64,000 bases of DNA from Octopus sinensis (Eukaryota): the NCBI RefSeq assembly GCF_006345805.1, contig NC_043000.1, positions 133,238,001 to 133,302,000 of the forward strand, given 5' to 3'. The position numbers and the translations under genes were made by a program. Numbering within the stretch: the first letter of the stretch is position 1; every line of letters starts with the position of its first letter. Positions 39,208-51,300 of the stretch are shown piece by piece. The notes beneath the pieces are model-generated. The model saw only the letters and a list, made by a program, of their open reading frames with translations. It was not told where the DNA came from and ran no database searches.

Positions 39208-40082
39208 TGCTTGCTTGCATACTTGTCTGTAATTTAATACAGCCAAGCCAATGTATAATGGGAAAATAATACTCTGAAAGTAAGGTAACTCTGAAATCAT
39301 CATCATCGTTTAACGTCCGTTTTCCATGCTAGCATGGGTTGGATGGTTCGACTGGGGTCTTGGAGGCCAGGAGGCTGCACCAGGCTCCAGTCTGATCTGG
39401 CAGTGTTTCTACAGCTGGATGCCCTTCCTAACACTAACCACTCTGTGAATGCAGTGGGTGCTTTTTACGTGCCTCTGGCACAGGGGCCAGGGGAGGCTGG
39501 CAAACAGCCACGATCGGTTGGTGCTTTTACGTGTTACCGACACGGATGCAAGTCAGGCAGCGCTGGCATCTGCCACATTCGGACGGTGCTTTTTATGTGT
39601 CACCGGCATAGGTAAACAAAAAAACCAGTTTCGCATAAATTGGACTAGGGATTCTTGAGATACATGGGGTTTGTTTCCACAAATTTAAGTTGTGGAACTT
39701 GGAGTTATTATTGCTATTTACTATGAACACCTGGATAGTTTTGTTTGCTTGCATGTGTGCTTGTTTGTAATTTAATACAGCTAAACTGGTGCATAATGGG
39801 AAAATACTCTGAAAGTAAGGTGCCCCTGAAATGGGAATACAAATGTTATAAGACAAGTTTCATGTAAATCTGACCATAGGTTCCTAAGATATGTGGTTTT
39901 TTTCGGGTACCTTTATGATTGCCTGCATGCGTGCTTGTCAGTAATTTAATACAGCCAAACTGGTGTATAATGGGAGAATACTTTGAAAGTAAGGTACCAT
40001 TGAAATGTGAATACAAATGGAATAAACAAGGTTTGCGTAAATTGGACCACAGCTTCCTAAACACAGTTTTTTGGGGTACCTT
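39208..40082 (+). repeat. Diverged tandem array of about 170-180-bp units, interrupted by a family-D retroposon (39300-39610)
   Basis: Recurring gtaatttaatacagc..tataatggga..atact.tgaaagtaaggt at about 39225, 39766 and 39940. Confidence 0.75.
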
Positions 40083-42532
40083 GAACTATTGGAGACCCAA
40101 CAGGTCACAGGTAGTCTAGTGTATATCATCATCATCATTGTTTAACATTCGCTTTCCATGCTAGCATGGGTTGGACAATTTGACTGAGGACTGGCAAACC
40201 AGATGGCTGCACCAGGCTCCAATCTAATCTTGCAGAATCTCTACAGCTGGATGCCCTTCTTAACGCCAATCACTCCAAGAGTGCAGTGGGTGCTTTTACG
40301 TGCCAGTCAGACAGTACTGGCAATGGCCACGCTTAAATGGTGTTTTTTACGTGCCACCTGCACAGTAGCCAGTCAAGTGGCACTGTCAACGATCACACTT
40401 GGATGGTGCTCTTAGCACTCCACTGGCATGGGTGCCAGTTATTGAATTTGATTCGATTGCCTCAACAGGTCTTCGCAAGCAGAGTTTAGTGTCCAGTGAA
40501 GGAAAGGTATGCATAAGTGGGCTGGTTACACCCCTGGCATAGGCCACGAGTTATGGTCTCACTTGGCTTGCTGGGTCTTCTCACACACTGCATATTTCCA
40601 AAGGTCTCGGCCACTAGTCATTGCCTCGGTGAGGCCTAATGTTTGAAGGTTGTGCTTCACCACCTCATCACAGGTCTTCCTGTGTCTACCTCATCCACAG
40701 GATCCCTCAGCTGCTAGGGTGTGGCACTTTTTCATACAGCTATCCTCATCCATTCTCGCCACATGACCATACCTCCACTTTGCATGTCATCCTCCTTTCT
40801 GGTCTATTTTCCTTCTTGAGCTACTTCTCTCTCTCTCTTACCTTCTTGTATCTTGAGATATTATCACTGCCATCTTTATACTTCTAGTTACTCTCACCCA
40901 CCCTTAGTGTTGGGTAGGCATATAGCTTCTCTATAACAAGACACCTGGGGTTGTTGCTCTATGATACTTTTACCTCTCAACACCTGGCATAGAACTACTG
41001 GCCCCTAAAATCCCACCCGCACAAATTTAGTTGAGAGAGCTCTTCCTTTTTCCTGTTCTTTCACGTCTTGCATGTTACTTGGTGACCTCATTTAATGCTG
41101 GTGGCATGAAAAAAAAAAGCATCCACCACACATTGTAAAGTGATTGGCATTAGGAAAGGCATCTAGCTATATAGAAACCCTGCCAAAGCTGAAACTGGAG
41201 CTTGGCACAGTTTGACTTGTCAGCTCATGTTAAACTGTACTATCCAGGACAACATGGAAAACAGACATTAAAAAAAAAAAGGAAGTGAAATTAAACCAAC
41301 TAAATAAATGTTGTTGAGTTCATTGATTATAGCTCATAGAAAATAGTAAGGACAACAGAATGTATTTTACAAGGACTGGTGTCATAAGGGTTGCAGTAAA
41401 CACTGATATCAAAAGGATACATTCTATACCACATGTTTAACAGTATTCCTAATAGTAATGCACAATCTTCACAACTAATTACTGACTAATGGTAGCATGT
41501 AACTAAAACACTGGTCTATATATAGACCGTGAATCTCTGGATTAGAACTATGCCCCTCCCTACTCTCTAACAGCGACCTTGAAACTTGAGAGTAAAAGTA
41601 GAGTAGTTCATATAAAGTATTCTAGAAGTAAGATTATAACAGAAGATAAAGGCATTTGATCACCTGGTGAAATGAGTGTTGAACTTCCCTTGAGTTATGT
41701 GCAGGTAACTTTCTGTATGTCTGTCAGGATTTTTTATTTTAAGACCATTCATATCATAAACAACCTGAATTAGGTTATTCATTGTGTTGAGCATTTCACC
41801 TGCTGACATTTACATATGTTTCAGTTTTAATGCATTGAGTATTTTCTTGTGTGTGTCTGTCTGGTTCTTTGTTCCTGCTCTCCTATTTGCACCAATATAA
41901 TACATCTGAGCCACATGATTTTTTTTTTTTTTTTCACAACAGTCAAATGGAAGTCAATGACCTCAGTTGTTTTTATGGCTTCCAAATTTATATCGATAGC
42001 AAGTGGCAGCATTTGAGATATTTCTCTTCCCTGCTCAGGTTTGTCACTAATAGTGTTAATATCTGTAGTCTCTCCGACTCCATTTTTTTAAAACCCTGGA
42101 TAATAACTAACAGAAACAATATCTGTAGATAATAACCAACAGAAACAATAATTAACAATAGCTAATTATTTCTGATTTAAACAAAATTAAAACAATTTTA
42201 AAACAGTATCATAGAGCAACAACTCCAGGTGTCTTGTTATAGAGAAGCTATATGCCTACCCAACACTATATAAGGTGGGTGAGAGTAACTAGAAGTATAA
42301 AGATGGCAGTGATTTAAACAAATTAAAACTCAGTTGAATGTTCGTTGTAAAAATTTAAGAATAAGAAAAGCTTACTGTGAAAATGAAAATGTAAGCCCAA
42401 TTCTTTAGAGAGAATAACAAATTGATATTTTTAGAATTGTCATAAATGATATCTTTGAAACAATTTTATTTTTGGAGATGTACTTGCATAACAAGTGACC
42501 TGATCTGAGATCGTGTGCTAGAACGAAAACAA

Positions 42533-42706
42533 TTGTAGCGTGGAAGGTGTTTATAAGCCATTTAAGAAACACAAAGTTTTGTCAGTGAACAGGTCACGGT
42601 CTCAAAGCGACGAAAATATTTTGACAAATTAAATTTAAATGTTGAAGTGAATCAAATGGTTTTTGTGTGTTTCTTAAATGGCTTATAAACACCTTCCACG
42701 CTGCAA
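42533..42706. repeat. Inverted repeat, 41-bp arms, about 92-bp spacer
   Basis: 42533-42573 versus 42666-42706, one mismatch. Confidence 0.85.
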
Positions 42707-43081
42707 TAATTTTATTTTTATTAGATTCATATGAACTTCTCTTTTCCCTTTATTCCTTTACTGATTTCAACTGTCTTAAGGCATCATAATTAAGAGTGTT
42801 AGCTGATTATATTTATTCCTAGTACTTATTTTAGTGTTAGGTGATGCATCTTGACACTAGTTTACACACTCACACACACACATTTTACATGCTTCCTATT
42901 TCACTCTGAAGATTTCAGTAGAAGATACCTGCCCAAGATGTCATGCAGTAGGACTGGACCCAGAACCATACAGCTATGCCTGCACGTGATTTAAGGGTTT
43001 TATTGAAGTAGACAATTTCTATTGCTAATTTTGTTGATCCGGCTGTAAAACTTTGCTTTTATTTTTATGACAGTTTCCAGT

Positions 43082-43225
43082 ATGAAGACTTACTTAACAA
43101 GTAGTCAAGTGAGAAACAGCTTTCTTGATTTCTTCAAGGAGAAAGAGCACTTGTATGTCCATTCTTCATCTGTGATTCCCCACGATGACCCAACATTATT
43201 ATTTGCAAATGCTGGCATGAATCAG
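43082..43225 (+). CDS. AARS1: AARS coding exon 1 ([11 protein letters not shown]...[10 protein letters not shown]), 144 nt
   Basis: ATG 43082 aligns with the usual AlaRS start. Acceptors ...gacag (43073) and ...ttccag (43080); donor CAG|GTATGT. Confidence 0.95.
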
Positions 43226-46200
43226 GTATGTAATTTACTGGTGATATCAATATTTGTGATATACTCTTTTCTTTTACTCTTTTACTTGTTTCAGTCATTT
43301 GACTGCGGCCATGCTGGAGCACTGCCTTTAGTCGAGCAACTCGACCCCGGGACTTATTCTTTTTGTAAGCCCAGTACTTATTCTATCGGTCTCTTTTTGC
43401 CGAACGCTAAGTACGGGGACGTAAACACACCAGCAGCGGTTGTCAAGCAATGCTAGGGGAACAAACACAAACACACACATATACATATATATATATACAT
43501 TATACGACAGGCTTCTTTCATTTTCCGTCTACCAAATCCACTCACAAGGCATTGGTCGGCCCGGGGCTATAGCAGAAGACACTTGCCCAATGCCACGCAG
43601 TGGGATTGAACCGGAACCATGTGGTTGGTTAGCAAGCTACTTACCACACAGCCACTCCTGCGCCTATATATATGTCATATATAACAAAGAATCCTTATTT
43701 ATTGTTATCAATGGTTCTAGCAGGGGTTGGATACAACATGGTATTTTTCTATTTGTTTTCATCCAGTGTCTTATCACTGTAAGTCAACATGCTTGGATTC
43801 ACATCACCTCTTCTTCCATGCATTCCTTGATGTAACTGTAAAAAATATTGTGGACCATTTGTGTAATGGAACAACACTCAGAGTCTTGCAAACTGCATGG
43901 TGACCTCAATGAAAAACAGCACCCAGTACATGCCTATTTCTTTACTACCCACAAGGGGCTAAACACAGAGAGGACAAACAAGGACAGACAAACTGATTAA
44001 GTCGATTATATCGACCCCAGTGCGTAACTGGTACTTAATTTATCGACCCCGAAAGGATGAAAGGCAAAGTCGACCTCGGCGGAATTCGAACTCAGAACCT
44101 AACGGCAGACGAAATACCACTAAGCATTTCGCCCGGCGTGCTAACGTTTCTGCCAGATCGCCGCCTTTCATGCCATAAAGTGGTTGGCATTAGGAAGGGC
44201 ATCCAACCAGGGAAACTACAAGATGACCTGAAGACAGCCAGCATTACATGGAATGGATGTGCAAGAATAGCAACCAACATAACCTGGTGGGAGAAAGCTT
44301 CCTGCCCAATGTACTGAACAGTGCAGAAGAACTTAAAACTAAGAAGCTTACACCAGACATAGCAACTGTAAAATAGTTTTAGACTGTTTTATGTTGTATA
44401 TTAAATGTAAAATGAACTTTATACCTGTGTAGATATTTTCTAATACTATCCATTTTTTGTTTCAGTTTAAACCAATTTTTTTAGGAACTGTTGATCCTAG
44501 TAGTGATATGTCAAAATGGGTCCGAACAGCTAACACACAAAAATGTATTCGTGCTGGTGGAAAACACAATGATCTTGAGGATGTAGGCAAAGATGTCTAC
44601 CATCACACTTTCTTTGAAATGTTGGGGAATTGGTCATTTGGTGATTATTATAAGGTCAGTATTTTAGAATTATTTTCTGTTTTTATCCTCTGTTTTATCA
44701 TTATATATTGGCTTGAGACAAAGGAATAGACAGACGAACCTATACTTACCAAATTTCTTTGTAGTATTTGAAATATTTTAAATTCTTCTAAGTATTTGGC
44801 AAAAACCATGAAACTTCATTTCTTTTGGAATGCAGGTCTAAACAATATATGGTAGAAGAATTATTTAAATTTATGACGATTTGGAAAATAATATTTATAA
44901 ATTAAGGAATAATCTATAAAAAATAGGTAAAGATATTCTATTTGCATAAATGTAAGGCCCTTTTTTGCCATTTCCTATTCACAATTCTTGGATCTTTTTG
45001 GTTTGAACGGCAGTTTTTAACATAATTTCTAGGTAACTAAAAAATGTTTAGCTTCGTATACTGGTAGGATGTGTTTATAAAACATCATTTTCTCTTGGCT
45101 TTATTGAGAAAATTCTATAGTTTGTAAGATATTTGTTGTTTTCTTTCTTCAATTTCTGCAATTTCAACCAATCACTGACGTCTATTGAGGTAAAAAACAT
45201 TCTGTGCCGTATGACTATGTCCCTCGTTTAAGAAACAGATTGGGTTTATTTACATTTCTGAAGAAAAAAGATACCCTTCCCCTCACCCCTAACCCTAACC
45301 CTAAAACATTGAAATGTAATAGATCGATACTAGGGTCATAATTATGGGTGACAATTTCATATGACACCACTAGAAAAAACTGCCGTTCAAACCGAAAACA
45401 TCCCCATTCTTAATTTAAAGTATAAATATGTGAAGTATTAATTTACTTTGTTTGAATAGGTTCGTGGTAAGAAGTTTGCTTCCCAACTACATGGTTTGGG
45501 TTCTGTCCCACTGCATGGCATCTTGGGCAAGTGTCTTCTTTTATAGCCTCAGACTGATCAAATCCTTGTGAGTGGATCTGGTACACAAATGTATGTGTAA
45601 GTCTCGATATCACAGGATGCTTGTTAAATGAGTGTCATTGTCCTAAGGGTTGGCTACAGGAAAAGCATCTGGCCACAAAAAAATTTATCTGACTCGTACA
45701 AGAATGGATAAGTGGGTGTTAAAATGATGTTGAATATCTACTCTAATATAAGCAGTCTTTTTGTTAAACAACGCATGTTGACATATTTTTAGCCTGCAGT
45801 TGTGGTGTAGAGATGTTTATGATCCAGCATTGTGTGGTATGAAGTATGAAAACCACATTTGGATGAATGACTTATGAGAGTTAAGTTTAAGGATCAAATA
45901 AACGTACATTATGATTCTGCACTGTTTTGAAAGTGTGCATGGAATACAGGTGTTACATTTGAAGTGAAATGAGGGACAAAATGACACAAGATAGACAAGA
46001 GAAATGACTGTTTTATCTCTGTTGATAGCATTGAAAATTCATGATAAACTGGTAATTTTTACTTTCAGAAAGAAATATGTTCTTGGGCATGGGAATACCT
46101 TGTAGAGAGACTAGGTTTGGAAAAGGATCGTTTGTATGTGACTTACTTTGGTGGCAATCCTGCGACTAATTTGGACCCAGATGATGAATGTAAACAAATT

Positions 46201-48345
46201 TGGTTAGATCTTGGGTAAGTGTTTATATATATATATATATTTATTTCAAGTTGAGATTTCCTTTGGTGTTTTACATGGCAACAGAAAAACAGAAACAACA
46301 AACTCAGAGTAGCAATGGAGTGAAGCCTCAATGTATGTGCATACTCTCTCTCTCTCATACACACATAGATTTAAATCAGTTTGCCTTTTTATTTTAATTT
46401 TTTCTTGATATTTGATATATTAAAATCTGGCAATTGTTATTGGTTGTCAGATGTCGGCACAGATCAACAAACAGTTCACTGGTTTTAAACAAGAGCTTTG
46501 ACTTTTGCTAGAATCATTTGTTTGGAGTGCCTTTGGCTGATGAGACATAGCAATGTTGAAACACTGGCTCTCCCGGAGTCTTTGCATTAATGACACATAA
46601 GTGTTATGAATACACATTTGTTGTAATGGAGAAGTTGTTCTGTGATGAAACACAACTATTAACATACATTCAAATCTGCTGGAACAAATTAAGAATAAAA
46701 TCATTGTCATAGAATTTCTCTTACTCCTGATGTTGCTCCTGATACTCTCTATTAGGTTTCAACAAAGAATTAATTCATTCAACATTAAATGAAGCAAATG
46801 AATTTTTAAATTAGTACAACACTATTTTATGTCTCATTAAAGATGTCAAAACAGGAACCTATAGTCTTCATTAAAAATATAATGTTTTGTAAAATGTTAC
46901 TTTACATTTTCAGTCTCCCAGAGAGCCATATCCTTCCTTTTGATGCAAAAGACAATTTCTGGGAAATGGGAGAAACTGGTCCCTGTGGACCTTGTTCAGA
47001 GATTCATTTTGACAGAATTGGTGGACGAGATGCCAGCCACTTAGTAAATATGGATGATCCTAATGTCCTTGAGATTTGGAACTTGGTTTTCATTCAGTTT
47101 AACAGGTGAGTATTATTCTATCACTCTTTCACACATAAACTCTCTGTTTTTTATTATTATTATTTTTTTTATTTGCGAGAGCAGTGCATGTCATCAAAGT
47201 GACACTGGGGTAAAATATACGAAGTCCAGTATACCCATCATGACTTCCCATCTGATAAGGGTACACCAGGCACATACATCACAACCATGTGTGTGCAACA
47301 GGATGATCTCATATCAAGATAAATAGTGCATGACCTTGCTGGTGGATCCCAGTTAGTGAGTGGATGCCTGCTACTGATGAAGTGCAAACACACTGATCTC
47401 ACATGCTCTAGCAGTTCCACCACCAGTGTTGGACTATTTCTCATCTGCTACCAACATCAATATGTCTGTACTTCTTACCACTAAATGTGTATATGAGAAG
47501 ATTTCTCAAGGCATTTTAACAATATATCCACATTAAGTAGGATATGAAAATTGCCATAAATACCAGTTGAGCACTGGGGTTGTTGTAGGTTCTCTCCTGA
47601 AATTGCTGGTTTTGTGCTAAAATTTGAAACCACTATAGTTATGTATAGTGTTTTTTAACCTGTTTGTGTACATCCAGACATGGAAAGACAAAACACTGAG
47701 TGTTGGACCTGACGGAGGAGAGGTGACTGAGTTCCTTTTAAGCGGGCCTGATGGAGGTGAAGTGGCTGAGTTCCTTTGGAGTGTTGGGCCTCATGGAGGC
47801 AAAGTGGTTGAGCTCCTTTCAAGTGTTGGGCCTCATGGAAGCAATGACCAAGACCTTTGGCATTATTTCATGCTTGAGAATAAGACCCATCAAGCCGAAC
47901 AAATTTGTAGTCGTGGCAGATACTGGTGTCATGCAAATTGGCACCCATACCAGTGGCACGTAAAAGCACCCATTACTCTCTCAGATTGGTTGGTTGGTGT
48001 TAGGAAAGGCATCCAGCCATACAAAAACCATGCCAAATCAAATTGAATCCTGGCGCAACCATCCAACCCATGCCAGCATGGACAATGGACGTTAAATGAT
48101 GATGATGATGAAACATATTAAATAACACTATACTCTCTCTTTTACTCTTTTACTTGTTTCAGTCATTTGACTGCGGCCATGCTGGAGCACCGCCTTTAGT
48201 CGAGCAAATCGACCCCGGGACTTATTCTTTGAAAGCCCAGTACTTATTCTATCGTTCTCTTTTGCCGAACCGCTAAGTTACGGGTACGTGAACACACCAG
48301 CATCGGTTGTCAAGCAATGCTAGGGGGACAAACACAGACACACAA

Positions 48346-48376
<31 letters not shown>

Positions 48377-51300
48377 CATATATACGACGGGCTTCTTTCA
48401 GTTTCCATATACCAAATCCACTCACAAGGCATTGGTCGGCCCGGGGCTATAGCAGAAGACACTTGCCCAAGATGCCACGCAGTGGGACTGAACCCGGAAC
48501 CATGTGGTTGGTTAGCAAGCTACTTATCACACAGCCACTCCTGCGCCTATACATAACTATATTTCATTCAACACTGCTTAATGCACTTTTCATTTGTCAA
48601 TTTTATGTATTAAGATATTTATGAAGCTGATTTTATAAAGCTGTTTTATTCTGTTCTTTGTCTCTTCACCATCATTTGATATTATTGACACATATTCTTT
48701 TTTATTTACCAAACAGAGAAGCTGATAGTTCATTATCTAATTTGCCCAAAAAGCATATTGACTGTGGTATGGGTTTTGAGAGATTGGTCTCTGTACTGCA
48801 GGAAAAAATGTCCAATTACGATACAGATGTATTTACCCCAATTTTTGAGGCAATTCAAAAGGTATGTCATAATAGATGTTTGCTGTTATGTGTTTTATTT
48901 TTTACTTCTTTCAGTCATTGGAATGTGGCCATTCCGGGCCACCTTTCAGTGTTTTTAGTCGGACAGATCAATCCCAGTACTTATTTTAAGGTCTGGTACA
49001 TATTCTATTGGTCTCTTTTGCTGAACTACTAAGATAGAGAATATAGACATCCAGCACCAGTTGTCAAATGGTGGCAACAAACAGACTCTAAGCCCCCATC
49101 ATCACCACACATGACAAGCTTTTACACAGTTTTTGTCTACCAAACTCTCTCATAAGACATTGGTCAGCCCAGAGTTATAGTAGAAGACACTTGCCCAAAG
49201 TGTTGTTGTTGTTGTTGTTGTTGTTAAGCAACAAGATGGGTAAGGGCGATTAGGTGATGGTCTAGGGCTTAGGGGCAAGAGACCCCAGACCTTGGAAAAA
49301 AAAGAAAACTTTGGTCGTCTTGTTGTAGTCGAGGGCTCTTCGTTGACGCCCGACACCGTTGGGAGGTGACCTTCGAAGTCGCTGGAAATGGAGATCTCCA
49401 GGTCCAAATTCTTGAACGGCTGCCCAAAGTGCTGAAACCATGTGGTTGCAAAGCTATCTTCTCAACCATACAGCCAAGCCTGCTCCTGTTTCTACAAGAT
49501 TTTATTTTGAGTTTATGGTAACCGTTTATAAATCAAATGAATGTATATCTAAGCTGTTCTTTTTGTGCAATAATGACATGGTTTTGAATTCCCAAATGGC
49601 ATTATAGTGAATGTCCAGATTTCTGTCCTTGTATGATTCCCTTAAATAAAATATGGATGGGTGTAAACAAAGGTGTGTGATTTGAGCCCCCACTATGCAT
49701 CACCCTTTGCTAATGTATGTATCTGAGTGTGTCTGTAGCCTACTTTTGACGTAATGTGACGGTAGTTAGTAAATGAGCATCACTTTCACATTAGCAATGT
49801 TGTTCATTTCCAGTCTTCCATAAAAAATATGTCTGGCCATGGGGAAATATTACTTTTTCTTGGAAACAGGTGGGGGTTCGCAACAAGAAGGGCATCTGGC
49901 TGTAGAAAATCTACCTCAACAAATTCTGTCTGACTCATGCAAGCATAGAAGAATGGATGTTAAATGATGATGATATTTTTTTCCCTTAAATTAAGCTGAA
50001 GTGATGTGTGTTGTGTTGACTGATGAAGCAGAGACTAAAAGCTTGGGAAAATATATTGGAAGTTACATGTAGGACTGAAGAGTTTATGGGGTGTAGATGA
50101 CATGGCCAAGAGGTTGGTTGTAGGGTTTTGAAGGTCACAAGATTGGCAAAAGAGGAAATGAATGAAAAAAAAAATGAGAAAATAGATTATCGTGTAGTTA
50201 TGTATTTATTTACATTTCACTCATCAACATCATTTAACATCCACATTGCATGGATCAGATGGAATTTGTTGAAGAAAATTTTTTTTACAGTTGGATTCCT
50301 TTCCTGTTGCCAATCCTCACCCGTTTCCAAGCAAGGCATTATTTTCTCACTGAAGGCTGGAAATGAACAACTTCACTTGTATAATGATGACGCCCATTTA
50401 CAACCATCATGATGTCTAGACATGTGCCTGGTATATAGCATCTCTTGTTATATCATGAGTGTGTTTCATTCCATTTGTGATGTCCAGTATTCCCAAGTTT
50501 GTGTGAGCTACTTCATTCTTCCATCTTCATTGAGATGCTTGATGAAGTGGTACTGTGAGTACTTTTCATCCAGCCAGCATTAGCCTGTTTGTTGTTTTTT
50601 ACCTTAATATTGGTATTATAAATCTAATATAATATTAGGCGGCAAGCTGGCAAAAACGTTAGCGTACCAGGCGAAATGCTTAGCGGTATTTCGTCTGCCG
50701 TTACGTTCTTAATTCAGATTTCACTGAGGTCGACTTTGCCTTTCATCCTTTCGGGGTTGATAATTAAGTACCAGTTAAGCACTGGAGTCGATGTAATCGA
50801 CTTAATCCCTTTGTCTGTCCTTGTTTGTCCCCTCTATGTTTAACCCCTTGTGGGCAATAAAGAAACATATAAATCTAATATTTATTGAATTTAATTATGT
50901 AACCTAGCTATAACAATTTCTTGGTAATATAACCTCATCTTGGTATGTTTACCGTGTGTCTAGGGGACTGATTGCCCTGTATACAATGGTAAAGTTGGTG
51001 CTGAGGATGTGGATGGAATTGACATGGCCTACCGAGTACTTGCAGATCATGCCCGAACATTGACAGTTGCTTTGTCTGATGGAGGACGACCAGACAACAG
51101 TGGACGTGGGTAAGCTTTTACTTTCTTCTTTATATTATGTTTTTAGAAACATTTGATGTGAAACAACAGACAGATGAGGTATTGGATTCTTGTCCAATTA
51201 ATTGTGAACGTGTATCTTGTAGTAAAGTACTCTTGTGGACATGCTTACAAAATCAAAAACTAACACAACACCCACACCTTTCCGAAACATTTTTTTTTCA

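Noticed and set aside
43067-43081. In-frame upstream ATG (MTVSS) used by the ORF track
   Set aside because: It lies in the polypyrimidine tract/acceptor of intron 1; ATG 43082 matches the conserved AlaRS start
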